From: Candidatus Thorarchaeota archaeon
GTDB taxonomy: Archaea > Asgardarchaeota > Thorarchaeia > Thorarchaeales > Thorarchaeaceae
NCBI GenBank assembly: GCA_046482545.1
Contig: JAWOEX010000042.1
Coordinates: 1 to 47,261, forward strand
DNA length: 47,261 nt
Direction of reading: 5' to 3'
A program made the translations under genes and the position numbers. Shown here one piece after another: positions 1 through 10,212 of this stretch (positions are counted from its first letter, which is position 1; each line of letters starts with the position of its first letter). The notes under the pieces are model-generated. The model saw only the letters and a program-made list of their open reading frames with translations. It had not been told where the DNA came from and did no database searches.

Positions 1-1
1 A

Positions 2-574
2 GCTGTGTTCTTTGAAGGTAGACTACGACATCCATTCCGAATCTACGCAAGCAAAGAGAAGAATTTGCTCGTGGCAACTACCGAACTGCCAGTCGAGAAG
101 AGCGGATTATACGAAGTAACTTCTTGCCTATTAGACTGGGCAGCAAAGCAGGGTTCAACAGAAACAGTCGTCTTGGATGGTATTCCGGTTCAAGGAATTC
201 CTTCCGACAGAAAGGTTCTCTATGCAACAGAAGAAGAGAAAATGGCTGAATTCGAGAATGTTGAAGAACTCGAGATTCTCAAGAAAGGTGTTATTACAGG
301 AATTGCAGGTTCAGTACTCACAGAGACACTAACACGGCCGATGATTGGATTCACCTTCCTTACCCCCGCAGTCAGTATTATCCCAGATCCAAAGGGTGCT
401 ATCAAGCTGCTAAATATTGTTGATAGACTCTATGACATCGATATTGATACGTCTGAGCTCGAAGAGAGCGCTGAGCAAATCAAGCAAAAGATGCGAGAGA
501 TGGCTGAGCAGGTCGAGGGTATGCGTCAGCGGCAAGAAGGCGGAAAGACAGGCTACCAGCGGCTCTATGCCTAA
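2..574 (+). CDS. PAC2-family proteasome assembly chaperone (PbaA/PbaB-like), 5'-truncated by window edge
   Basis: PFRIY, VVLDGI, GVITGIAGSVL and PDPKGA motifs, then ID(T)SELEESAEQI coiled tail. The C-terminus RLYA is an HbYX motif. The frame is open to the window start. Confidence 0.85.
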   Translation, partial: AVFFEGRLRHPFRIYASKEKNLLVATTELPVEKSGLYEVTSCLLDWAAKQGSTETVVLDGIPVQGIPSDRKVLYATEEEKMAEFENVEELEILKKGVITGIAGSVLTETLTRPMIGFTFLTPAVSIIPDPKGAIKLLNIVDRLYDIDIDTSELEESAEQIKQKMREMAEQVEGMRQRQEGGKTGYQRLYA

Positions 575-679
575 GTGGGTATTCAACAATTCCCATCGCA
601 TCAGTTCAGCTGGTGATTCTGTCACCAGCTGGTTCTGATATTTTATCTAAGACCGACACACATCGTGAACCTGTGAGCT

Positions 680-1687
680 TTATGTTTGCACAAGTGAATA
701 GGCTTCCTCAATGATTTCCCACGCAGCTGCGTCTTTCATATGAGACACAAGTGTTCTGATATCATCGCGTACATCTCCCATCCACTGAAAGGAATCGCTC
801 ATCACCCAGTCATAACCCATCCCCCTCATGACTTGTTCATTAAGAGACCAAGAAACCAGTTCATTGGCCCGAAGATATCGTTCTAGATTCTTCTGGATCA
901 GTGGCCCTACCACAGGATGATTGATTGCAGTAGCGTTGTAGAGCAGATGGGTACAGATTTCATGTGAAACCATTGTAACAACCATTAGCGGGTCTACATG
1001 TGCATAGAACCCGTCGCGATCAGCAAGCAATGATGTTCCTTGGGTGGTTGTTGGGTCAATCAGCTCAACTATGAACCATGGATACGGAAACTCGATAGAT
1101 GTTTTATCTTCCCAGGCCGCTATCCAGTCATGTTTTCTAAACATCGGCTTCAAGTCAGTAGCTGCTGTCTCCAGTAGCTCAGAAACCTCCTTCCACTTCT
1201 CTTTGAACCAGTCCTCATAGAACTGCACTACAATCTCGCGATACTCAGTCAAAATGTCCGGCCACGGATCTGGGACAGAATCTTCGAAACCACAATACCG
1301 TTTGAATTCGTATGGGGGCATGTATCTGGAAAGCATTTCCACTTTCTTGGGAAATTCGTTGATTATTTTCAGAGGATGATTGTACCGCATATCATTTAGT
1401 ATAGATTGCAGAGAATCAATATCTTCAGCTAAATACGCAGGTATCTGATATAACATAGCAAACCAAGTTGAAGAACTGACACCTTCTAGCGCATCAAAAT
1501 GCGATTGAAAAGCCTGTATCGAATCATCTTGAAGATGTTCTTGTATCTGTGCTGCTCTGTCATTTCTTGCAATCTCATCAAATCCGCCAATTCGCAGGCC
1601 CACAAGTAACGATTGTAAGAGATTGGGAATTTCACTTACTGCAGTTTTCACAGGTTTTTCAATAGAGTTGTCGCTCAATGCCATCAT
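680..1687 (-). CDS. hypothetical protein with zincin-like HExxxH motif (possible metallopeptidase-fold protein)
   Basis: Long ORF with SHEICTHLL and a downstream ANE. Start moved to the ATG at 1687 because the 1858 extension overlaps the divergent gene. Confidence 0.6.
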   Translation of the reverse strand: MMALSDNSIEKPVKTAVSEIPNLLQSLLVGLRIGGFDEIARNDRAAQIQEHLQDDSIQAFQSHFDALEGVSSSTWFAMLYQIPAYLAEDIDSLQSILNDMRYNHPLKIINEFPKKVEMLSRYMPPYEFKRYCGFEDSVPDPWPDILTEYREIVVQFYEDWFKEKWKEVSELLETAATDLKPMFRKHDWIAAWEDKTSIEFPYPWFIVELIDPTTTQGTSLLADRDGFYAHVDPLMVVTMVSHEICTHLLYNATAINHPVVGPLIQKNLERYLRANELVSWSLNEQVMRGMGYDWVMSDSFQWMGDVRDDIRTLVSHMKDAAAWEIIEEAYSLVQT

Positions 1688-1821
1688 CCTTTTGGTTTGT
1701 GGAAAGTTGAGTTTATCACGGCTTCTTACAGCTTTCTGATAGTATTTTTCTCCATGTGAATTATAGCTATCCACGTAGCAGTGAAAATAGGTACTCGCGG
1801 TAGCTTTATGGTGCTTCGATA

Positions 1822-3039
1822 ATGAATAAGCTGGAGGACTTCCAGTTGACCCGCACAAGAATCAAACCTGATGAGCATCGAGACCGGATATCTACTCTTC
1901 AGAGCAACCTTGAAGAGAAAGATATTCGAACATTCGTGGTTCTCAATGCCAAGAACATATTCTATCTTAGTGGGTTTTCATTCATCCCCACTGAGCGACC
2001 TATTGCCCTCATCATCCATGATGGGGAAGTATATGCTTTCCTTCCTTCACTTGAGATGGATCACATCGAAGACCAAGTACCGTTTCTCGCTCAGGCATTT
2101 TCTTACTATGAATATCCAGATCTTACCCATCCAATGGAGATTTTCTCGAAAGTTCTCCATGAGGAGGTCAATGTGCAACCCAAGACAGTCGCGTCGGAAG
2201 CTCCTGGATTCTCAAGCTATTGGGGATATGAAGGTCCTAAGTTTGAGGAAGAGACAGGTCTCAAATTCGAGATTCTATCAGATATCATCATGGATATGCG
2301 GGTCGTAAAAGAACCTGCAGAAATCGAATTGATGAGGGAATCAGCCAAATGGGCCAGCAAGGCGCATCATTACCTTCAAGAGTACACAGAAGTAGGAAAG
2401 AATGAAATCGACGTGACGATTAGAGCTAGCTCAGATGCTTCAGATGACATGGTCAATGCACTCGGAGAAGACTATCATTGTACAGGCTTCAGCATATTTC
2501 CGGCTACCGCTCTCTACCGCGGACAGATTGGCCCGAACTCGTACTTCCCTCACGCTCTATCACGCGGTTTGACTTTTTCGGAAGGCGATACGCTGGTAAC
2601 TGGTGCCACGTCTGATGTCTATGGAATTCAATCAGAATTAGAGCGGACTATGTTCATGGGCGAACCTAGTTCGAAACAGAGAAAGCTGTTCGAGGCAGTA
2701 ACAGCCGCTCAGTCTGCAGCACTATCAGCTGCCGGTCCCGGCGTTGAATGTGCAGACGTTGACAAGGCCTCGCGGAAGGCCCTAGAGGAACATGGAGTGC
2801 TCGAATTAGCTCGGCACCATACAGGGCATGGACTCGGGCTAGAGGGTCATGAAAGGCCCTTTCTCGACATCGGTTCAGAAGAGGTAATGCAGCCAGGCAT
2901 GATTTTCTCATGCGAACCTGGCCTGTACGCAAGGGGAGTTGGAGGCTTTCGTCACAGTGACACTTTTGTTGTGACAGACGATGGAATTGAGGTTCTAACA
3001 GAGTACCCACGTGAGATGGAGGAGCTAATCATCCAGTAG
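1822..3039 (+). CDS. M24-family Xaa-Pro peptidase / creatinase-like protein
   Basis: Creatinase-N domain (NIFYLSGF), HHTGHGLGLEGHERP, CEPGLY and GGFRHSDT. A likely start is the TTG at 1846 after GGAGG. Confidence 0.9.
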   Translation: MNKLEDFQLTRTRIKPDEHRDRISTLQSNLEEKDIRTFVVLNAKNIFYLSGFSFIPTERPIALIIHDGEVYAFLPSLEMDHIEDQVPFLAQAFSYYEYPDLTHPMEIFSKVLHEEVNVQPKTVASEAPGFSSYWGYEGPKFEEETGLKFEILSDIIMDMRVVKEPAEIELMRESAKWASKAHHYLQEYTEVGKNEIDVTIRASSDASDDMVNALGEDYHCTGFSIFPATALYRGQIGPNSYFPHALSRGLTFSEGDTLVTGATSDVYGIQSELERTMFMGEPSSKQRKLFEAVTAAQSAALSAAGPGVECADVDKASRKALEEHGVLELARHHTGHGLGLEGHERPFLDIGSEEVMQPGMIFSCEPGLYARGVGGFRHSDTFVVTDDGIEVLTEYPREMEELIIQ

Positions 3040-3106
3040 TCCGAAAAAATGTTGAAACAAACATCCCCGTAAAGCTAAATTGAGTTCATTCCTTAAATCA
3101 TAAGAT

Positions 3107-3583
3107 ATGAGCCTCCTCCCAGACCTATCCCCCATGAACATACTCCTAGCGTGTGTATTCGGGATTGTTACTATTTGCACGTTCATTCCGACGAATTACC
3201 TGCTCCTGACGGGATTCATAATTTATCTATGGCTATTCCCGTTGGTAGATGTTCCAGTGATTGTCTTTCAATCTATCGCGATATTATTTGCCGGCATTTT
3301 TTCAATAGGATTCTCTTGGCTTGTTACCGAGGCAGTGAATCAAAGATCGTTGAGATTTGAGGGTGAAGACATTTCTATTGGGGGTCACATGCTTCGACTG
3401 GGGCTTTTCTCGATTGCAGTACTTGACGGAGCTCTCTACTTCTGGAATGTCATTGGAATTGTATGTGCCCTTCTGCTCATATGGTTTGGAAAGAATAGAT
3501 GGTGGAGGATTATGGGTGCCGTATCTTGGAGCTGGATTCTACTGGTTCAGATTTATGTTTCTGTCACTTCAGGAGCGTTATAA
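3107..3583 (+). CDS. small multi-pass membrane protein
   Basis: Several hydrophobic helices; ends 4 nt before the next ATG. Confidence 0.65.
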   Translation: MSLLPDLSPMNILLACVFGIVTICTFIPTNYLLLTGFIIYLWLFPLVDVPVIVFQSIAILFAGIFSIGFSWLVTEAVNQRSLRFEGEDISIGGHMLRLGLFSIAVLDGALYFWNVIGIVCALLLIWFGKNRWWRIMGAVSWSWILLVQIYVSVTSGAL

Positions 3584-3587
3584 AGCA

Positions 3588-5393
3588 ATGCAGAATACTA
3601 CACGGCCAAGTCCGAAGAAGCTAGCCTTAGTCGCTCTGACACTAATCCCGCTTGTCTTCTGGGGTTTTGAGAATATCCGTCCCAATCTGATGTTTCAGAA
3701 TGACCCTATACTTCTGTGGGTCCACGCCCCGTCAACATTGAATCCTGATTCGGATGGGAACCTGCTCATCGAAGCATGGGATATGTTTGAGCGGGTAAGC
3801 GGCACCTATTCTGGTGAAGTCGAATTCAACATAATTTCCTATAATGCATCGTCACTTGAAGAAATCGACCCATCAAAGGTAGAAGCGACTCTTCCCGGAA
3901 CCTACCGGTTTGAGGGATTTCCAATAGGCCAAGGCATCATACCCCCGTGGACGCTTCCTGGAGGGGACAATGGCGTACATGAGTTTTCCCTCTCTATAGG
4001 TACCTGTGGTATTCATTATGTTCAGGTTTCAGATACCCAAACAGGACACACGTACTGGAGCAATCCAATAGTTGTTCAGGAGAGCGAACACGGACTCTAC
4101 TGGGGGGATGTACACGGTCACTCTATGTTGTCTGATGGTAGCGGCCTACCCTCTGAAGCTTACTTCTTCGCACGTAACATCGCGGGCTTAGAGTTTTGCT
4201 CGATCACTGATCATGGAGAGAATCTGCATATCAAAAATTCATGGAATTCCGTTGAGCACGATACAAACCAAGCCTATGAAGAAGCGAAGTTTGTAGCACT
4301 GCAAGGTGTGGAGTGGACGAGCAGTGGAGGACCGCATACATCCCCACGCGGATACGGGCATTTCACCTGCGTACTATCCGGCAATGATCTGCCCCATATC
4401 AGTGCAGACATACAGAAGACTCCAGAGGATCTCTGGGCGTACTTGGACGAATTCACGCAAACTAGGAATGTCGGTGCGTTAGCCATTCCTCATCATACCG
4501 TTCGAGAATCTTTCATTCAGGACTGGACCCAGGTCTTGCAAATGGAAAGTGCCCACAACAAGTATGTACGGCTTGCTGAGGCCTTTTCGGTACACGGAAG
4601 CAGTTTGGTTAATCCCTATTCCACTTGGAGTGAAATGGGGAGTGTAGATGTTCCTGAAGAACGGGTAAATGGTAGCTCAATCAATGCTGCTCTTACCATG
4701 GGTTTGAAAATGGGTCTCATGGCAAACGGAGACTCGCATGATGGTTTCCCGGGGCATTCCATTACCCACACTGGTGCTTATGCCGGCCACCAGTATCCCC
4801 TTACCATGGATTACGCAAGGTCTTCGCATCCATACCCCTCAGGGATCACGGGTGTATTCTCAAACGAACTGAGTAGAGAGAGCATTTTCAGTGCGCTATA
4901 CTCGAGAAAAACAATCGCCTGCTCCGATTACGGAAGACCCTATGTGCTTTTTGATATCAATGGAGTTGAACCCGGTGAGAATGATTCAACGGTTATACTC
5001 GCAACCACTTCGGAAACAAGGACAATTTCTCTATTCGTTGCCAATGATGGAAATCCTGCAGCTGCTTTCGAGACTGCGGCGTTGCCAAGGAATGATGAGC
5101 CTGTTTGGACTGGTGAAATTCAGGTTTTCAAAAACGGCATGTTATGGAGGAACAGCTCCTTGAGTTCGAAACTATCCAGATTCCAGTGGACCGATAATCA
5201 AAACCTAACGGGCACAAGCTATACATCTACCGTATCAGGCCCAGATGGTCAGTATATCCACGAATACTCCAAGGATCCTATTGACCCGGACATCTTGAAT
5301 ACCAATGGCGCAGATTATTACTTCATTCGAATTCTGTTTGATAGCGGAAGAACCTGTGCAGTAGGCCCGATTTGGGTTGAATCGGCCACCTGA
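3588..5393 (+). CDS. membrane-anchored/secreted PHP-like metallohydrolase (DUF3604-like)
   Basis: Signal/TM segment after the ATG at 3588; YWGDVHGHSMLSDG, ITDH, GVEWT, IPHH, GDSHDG and terminal GPIWV motifs. The 3357 start overlaps the upstream gene. Confidence 0.8.
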   Translation: MQNTTRPSPKKLALVALTLIPLVFWGFENIRPNLMFQNDPILLWVHAPSTLNPDSDGNLLIEAWDMFERVSGTYSGEVEFNIISYNASSLEEIDPSKVEATLPGTYRFEGFPIGQGIIPPWTLPGGDNGVHEFSLSIGTCGIHYVQVSDTQTGHTYWSNPIVVQESEHGLYWGDVHGHSMLSDGSGLPSEAYFFARNIAGLEFCSITDHGENLHIKNSWNSVEHDTNQAYEEAKFVALQGVEWTSSGGPHTSPRGYGHFTCVLSGNDLPHISADIQKTPEDLWAYLDEFTQTRNVGALAIPHHTVRESFIQDWTQVLQMESAHNKYVRLAEAFSVHGSSLVNPYSTWSEMGSVDVPEERVNGSSINAALTMGLKMGLMANGDSHDGFPGHSITHTGAYAGHQYPLTMDYARSSHPYPSGITGVFSNELSRESIFSALYSRKTIACSDYGRPYVLFDINGVEPGENDSTVILATTSETRTISLFVANDGNPAAAFETAALPRNDEPVWTGEIQVFKNGMLWRNSSLSSKLSRFQWTDNQNLTGTSYTSTVSGPDGQYIHEYSKDPIDPDILNTNGADYYFIRILFDSGRTCAVGPIWVESAT

Positions 5394-5436
5394 ATCAGCA
5401 AACTATTGTTGACCTGATTCGACTATTCAGTCTGAT

Positions 5437-5961
5437 CTAGGCTTTGAATTCGAACAATCTCGGGTCGACACTACGCCATGAGCCGATCCTACTCGCAAAG
5501 GCTTCTTGTTCCTTTTCCGTTGTGGGAACTATGTCCATTGTGCATGATTCATCGCCGCACGCTTCACAGGAGGTGTGGATCATCTTCACATCTGGATCCA
5601 TCGCCATCATCTTGGCGGCGTCAACGTAACAATACAAGTAACCTACATCTAGCGCATCTTCTTCTTTGAAAACCTTGGCCAACACACAGCCCTTGGCGAA
5701 CGGCTTCCCTTCATCTGTTTCACCTACTTCATCGTAGAGACCAAGTGGTGTCAGGTCGGGCAGACCCCTCTGGCGTCTTTTAGTCATTCGTTCGCCATAG
5801 TCAATTACTGCCTTTGCCACCAAATCCCGGCCTTCGTCCTTTCCGAATTCCTCCACTAGAACCTTCGAAAAGGCAATATGTAGTAAGGCGATTCTCGAGA
5901 GGGCGCCTTGGGTGGTCTCTACTGCCTCCTCAATTGGAATATTCTTCTCCTCTTCGGTCAT
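5437..5961 (-). CDS. L-2-amino-thiazoline-4-carboxylic acid hydrolase (ATC_hydrolase)-like protein
   Basis: EEFGKDEG..AKAV..YG N-terminus, then CVLAKVF, GYLYCYVD and GDESC. Start at the ATG at 5961. Confidence 0.7.
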   Translation of the reverse strand: MTEEEKNIPIEEAVETTQGALSRIALLHIAFSKVLVEEFGKDEGRDLVAKAVIDYGERMTKRRQRGLPDLTPLGLYDEVGETDEGKPFAKGCVLAKVFKEEDALDVGYLYCYVDAAKMMAMDPDVKMIHTSCEACGDESCTMDIVPTTEKEQEAFASRIGSWRSVDPRLFEFKA

Positions 5962-6098
5962 AAACAAAACCCTGGAATTGATATGAAATCCATAATAAAA
6001 TGTTGTCGTCATCAAGAGGTCATTCTCTAAGTATTGGCTTTCAGCTTCTTGTATGGCATATAGTATTTCTGAGGCTCAGTATGTCCCTTTTGGTATTC

Positions 6099-7616
6099 TC
6101 ATTCGTACAATTTAGAGAATTTGTTCTCGATGTAATTGATAAAAGGATCTGATGATAATTGCGTACCCGTGACCTGCTGGAGCAATTCAGGGGCATCATA
6201 GAGACCACTTTTCTTGTGGACATTTCGATCCATCCAATCTACAACAGCTGATGCCTCACCCTGCCTGATTTCGTCCCTCCAACCAGGAATATCATTCGTC
6301 ATTGAGTCTGCAAACTGCGCAGCAACTATATTTCCAAGCGCATATGTAGGGAAGTAGCCAAACATTCCCCAGCCCCAATGAATGTCTTGCAGGGGGCCAA
6401 CAGAAACATTCTTCACTTCTATGTCGAGGTATTTCTCAAAGAGCTCATTCCAAACCGCAGGGATTTCAGAAGGTTCAATCTCTCCTTCGAAAAGGCCGAG
6501 TTCAATCTCAAACCGGATGATAATATGCATGTTGTAGGATATCTCGTCGCTAATTACCCTGATTGGCACGGGCTTAACTTGATTCACAGCACGGGCAAAT
6601 TCTAGAGGAGCAACATCTTCAAAGGTGCCATGCGTCACGTCGTTTACTAGTGGTAGATAGTACTCCATGAATTCTGGAGAGCGACCTATCAGGTTCTCAG
6701 TAAATCTCGCCTGAGATTCACTTATGATTGCACTCTGCTTACTACCTACTGGTGTATACCACCACTCTTCTTTGATATTCCGACTGTACAGTGAATGGCC
6801 AGCCTCATGGAGGAAGCTAATACACGAGCGAAAGAGATTGTCTTCCTTGTAGTAGAGCACTATTCGTATATCATCGTAGTCTCCAGTTGTTAGAGCATGG
6901 GCTCCCTCGCCTATCCGTCCAAATGCCTCGTCTGAATTCAAATCATACCCGATAAATGATGCAAGCCTCTTCACAATCTTGATATGATCTTGTTTCTTCA
7001 CATGTCTGCTGAGGAAATCAGTTCGGTTTCCAGCACTTGCTGCGCGATACTTTTCTATCTTCTGGGGAAGGTGGGATTTGAGTTCTTCAAACGTACTTGA
7101 TATGTGAGCTGTTCTCATTCCATGATCAAATGCATCGATACTCACATCATAGAGCCTGTCAGTATCTAAGATTTCAAGAAGGTGTTCTGCTAGCTCACAA
7201 TGAACTGAAAAGAGCTTCACAAATTCCGGTTCGAAAATTGCCCAGTCTTCCTTTTTCAGAGCCTTCTCTCGAGCCCTGTTTGCAATAGCTCTCTGTTTTA
7301 CCAAACGCCCTATGATGTCATCCGGGACTTTTGTTTTCTTTTCATGTTCAATTCGTATCAGGTATACATTTCGTTTCTGAACAGGGGTCAGCGACTGGTA
7401 GTTGTCATCTTTCTCCAGCTCATCCAGAAGTTTCCCTACCTCTCTGCTACTGAGTTTTCGATATGCCATTTGAGCAAGAAGTGCCTGCTGATCCCCACGC
7501 TGAGATTCAGCCCCCGATGGTAATACTGTATGCCTATCCCAAGAGAGAACCTTTCTTATTGACCGGAGCATTACTACCTCTCGATATATCTGCATAAGTC
7601 GACTGTATGAATCCAT
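6099..7616 (-). CDS. carboxypeptidase Taq family (M32)
   Basis: LSWD, HEAGHSLY, ESQ, IRV..DE, QDIHW and GYFPTYALG motifs. Confidence 0.93.
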   Translation of the reverse strand: MDSYSRLMQIYREVVMLRSIRKVLSWDRHTVLPSGAESQRGDQQALLAQMAYRKLSSREVGKLLDELEKDDNYQSLTPVQKRNVYLIRIEHEKKTKVPDDIIGRLVKQRAIANRAREKALKKEDWAIFEPEFVKLFSVHCELAEHLLEILDTDRLYDVSIDAFDHGMRTAHISSTFEELKSHLPQKIEKYRAASAGNRTDFLSRHVKKQDHIKIVKRLASFIGYDLNSDEAFGRIGEGAHALTTGDYDDIRIVLYYKEDNLFRSCISFLHEAGHSLYSRNIKEEWWYTPVGSKQSAIISESQARFTENLIGRSPEFMEYYLPLVNDVTHGTFEDVAPLEFARAVNQVKPVPIRVISDEISYNMHIIIRFEIELGLFEGEIEPSEIPAVWNELFEKYLDIEVKNVSVGPLQDIHWGWGMFGYFPTYALGNIVAAQFADSMTNDIPGWRDEIRQGEASAVVDWMDRNVHKKSGLYDAPELLQQVTGTQLSSDPFINYIENKFSKLYE

Positions 7617-7706
7617 TACATGACCCTCACTCTAATGTACGATAGTACTTCATATGTGTTCGAGAATTTATATCTTATTGCAGAATTGAAGAAAAAGATA
7701 GTTGGG

Positions 7707-8711
7707 TTAAGAGTATTTCTCTTCGAGTTGAACTAGAAAATCTATCGTGCTTTCTGAAAAAGGGCTCTCCGCGAGGATGTTCCTTGATTTGCTGTAAAGC
7801 CTGAAGAATTCAAAGGGATTACCTACCGAATCAATCATCTCTCCACCGAGTTCAGCATTGAATATTGTCTTAGCCATGAAGTAACCAATTGGATGCCCAC
7901 TAAGAGGCAAGATTTCTCGTACCTTCTTTCCGATGATTTCTCGTGATGTTCCCTTTTGATGTTCTTTTTGGATCACACTGTCAATCAGATCAAGTGTCTC
8001 TTCGGCTTTCTCTAACTCGATGCGGTATTGTTCTACGAAGCCTGAATATGCATCAACAGGATTATGGCCAAAGAACCAGTCTGGCTTATCGATTTGATCT
8101 GCAATACCCTCTGCTTGTATCTGATTGAGAGCCCACATCAAATCCTTATCCTCGTTCTGAACTTTCTCCTTATCATAGCAGAGAATGGCGTCTCTACACT
8201 GGTGATGATATTCATGTGCAATAAGACGATGAAGCAAATCACCCATTTCCATCGCCAGAAGAGCATCAACAATTATCCATTCGTATCCTCTTGCGTCCAT
8301 CTGGAAAAGCACAAATGCGACCTTCACCTCATCGAGTAGAGCACTTTCGGGAAGGTAATCCTCAACCAAATCAGCAATCATCGGACCAAGCCGGGAAGCC
8401 TTCTCCCCAAAATCATTGAGAAATGAGGTTATCTCGGTACGTTTCTTCAAACCTTCTCTGAAATGCTCGATAAAGATGCTTTGTGAAGAATCAATTTTGC
8501 TATGGTCTTTCTCCACTTCATATCGGCTAAATGCTTCACGTAACACTTCTTGAAAGAATTCCTCAGTGAACTCACTCTTGGTCAGGGCGGCGTACCCGGG
8601 GCTCTCAAAGAGATCCTCCCAAAGCGCTTCGTCTGGCTTTCTGGCAGACCTGAATTGGTCAATTATTTGCCAAAGTGTAGGTACACCCCGGGTGTCTACG
8701 ATGACTTCCAA
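7707..8711 (-). CDS. putative Zn-dependent protease (DUF5700-like gluzincin)
   Basis: IAHEYHH with downstream QAEGIAD; GHPIGYFMA; NPFEFFRLY. Confidence 0.75.
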   Translation of the reverse strand: MEVIVDTRGVPTLWQIIDQFRSARKPDEALWEDLFESPGYAALTKSEFTEEFFQEVLREAFSRYEVEKDHSKIDSSQSIFIEHFREGLKKRTEITSFLNDFGEKASRLGPMIADLVEDYLPESALLDEVKVAFVLFQMDARGYEWIIVDALLAMEMGDLLHRLIAHEYHHQCRDAILCYDKEKVQNEDKDLMWALNQIQAEGIADQIDKPDWFFGHNPVDAYSGFVEQYRIELEKAEETLDLIDSVIQKEHQKGTSREIIGKKVREILPLSGHPIGYFMAKTIFNAELGGEMIDSVGNPFEFFRLYSKSRNILAESPFSESTIDFLVQLEEKYS

Positions 8712-8925
8712 ATTAAGCCGCTCTTTCCTTCAGTCATCATCTTGCATGATATACTCATTGGTTTACTCATGGGACCAAATCGCAAGTTCTTCAGTATTTG
8801 ATAATATCGTTCATAGCCACAATGTCATGTCTTTGAAGTGGTTTCTTCTCAAGAGGATCTTACTCATCTTCAGTAGAAGACGTTATTACATTCTCAGCTG
8901 GATTGGCTCCTAGGACGGTGCAGTT

Positions 8926-9558
8926 TTGACCACAGAATCCGATGAATCAGAGAAGAATGCAAAGAACTCTGGGGTTCGAACAAGCTACAGTATTGACGAT
9001 GCAAAATGGTTCGCAACAACATCCCTAGGAACTATGTTGGTCAGCTACATCGGCATGGTGAATTCTGGAATCAGCTATTTTGGATTATCTTTTGACATAG
9101 GAAGCTTCCTCGGATTAGGTCCATTGCTACTCTCAGAATCAATGATGATGATACCAGTACATTTCATCATCTCCATGCTATTCTTCGCGGGAGGTATTGA
9201 GTGGTACGTTTTGTGTCGCCATTGCCCCTGTTACGAGCATTCTGGTGCAGAACATGGGGTTGAGGGGAAATTCTATTGTCTAGCAAATTGGGGGAGCCCT
9301 AAAATCTTCGAGTACGAGCCATCGCCCATAAGTGCCAGAGGCAAAGTGGTTTTTCTTGTCTGGGGTATCGGTTTTGCCTTTCTATTCCAAGTTCTTTATC
9401 TCTGGGACCGTATTGACTGGCTGATGGCGTATCTTGTATTGACTGTTATTTTCTTGGTAACGCTTCGCCACTGGGCTTGTTCAAACTGTCCAAATACTGA
9501 CTGTGTACTGAATTGTGTTCTTGTAGACGATATACGGGATTCTCACTCGAAGAACTAA
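8926..9558 (+). CDS. Cys-rich membrane protein
   Basis: About 4 TM helices; two related motifs LCRHCPCY..YC and ACSNCPNTDCVLN. Confidence 0.7.
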   Translation: MTTESDESEKNAKNSGVRTSYSIDDAKWFATTSLGTMLVSYIGMVNSGISYFGLSFDIGSFLGLGPLLLSESMMMIPVHFIISMLFFAGGIEWYVLCRHCPCYEHSGAEHGVEGKFYCLANWGSPKIFEYEPSPISARGKVVFLVWGIGFAFLFQVLYLWDRIDWLMAYLVLTVIFLVTLRHWACSNCPNTDCVLNCVLVDDIRDSHSKN

Positions 9559-9676
9559 TTCGGAGATATCTTTCATGAGCACCGTGAATGCATATGTATT
9601 CAATTGCTAATCTCCAAGAGCCATTATCAGTACTGAGTACACCTTTGGATATATTCAGCAGACAACCAAAAAGCGG

Positions 9677-10071
9677 TTATTCGTTAGTAAGTCGAGGCAA
9701 GCCTAGCTGTTCTGCAGCCTCCAAAAAGTGATCGTGGGCTTCTTGCACGTTGCCATATGTCCGATATTGGATTATATTTTCAGAGTTCCTTAGTTGATTC
9801 GATATATCCTCTGGTCCAACAAGCACTACTCTGCAAGTAGCCTCTTCCAGAATAGTGTCTGTCCGTTCTTGAATCTCATTATTGAATTCTTCAGGCAGGA
9901 TTACAAATCGAAAATCTGGTCTTCACCTCTGTCATCTCTTCTTGGTTGCCAATCAACGATTCGAGGGCCATGCACATTTTCCGCATTTAGCTCTCTGGAT
10001 ATGAACGGAAACCCCAGAATTGCGGCTACGGTAATGAGTTGCCTACTCGTATCATCTAAAGGATTAGACAT
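9677..10071 (-). pseudogene. frameshifted gene (about 130 aa if joined), absent from the ORF track
   Basis: Strong SD GAGGAGGT, then ATG at 10071 giving MSNPLDDTSRQLITVAAILG...QIFDL* (stop 9901-9903). An overlapping -1 frame with no start codon at its 5' end (9922-9677) reads RPDFRFVILPEEF...CRVVLVGP...AAEQLGLPRLTNE*. Confidence 0.55.
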
Positions 10072-10212
10072 TCCTACTATACCTCCTCTAATTATTCATT
10101 TGATAAACATCTAAATGGTATCGCAAACAAGGCACAAAAACACCCATAATAAATGTTATCTAGTTCTTCGGAGTACCAGTAATGATGACAACCGCAGTCT
10201 CGGGGCATAGTG

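Noticed and set aside
3357-3587. N-terminal extension of the DUF3604-like ORF, and similarly 1688-1858 and 5962-6015
   Set aside because: These extensions overlap neighbouring genes or promoters; the downstream ATGs give sensible N-termini.
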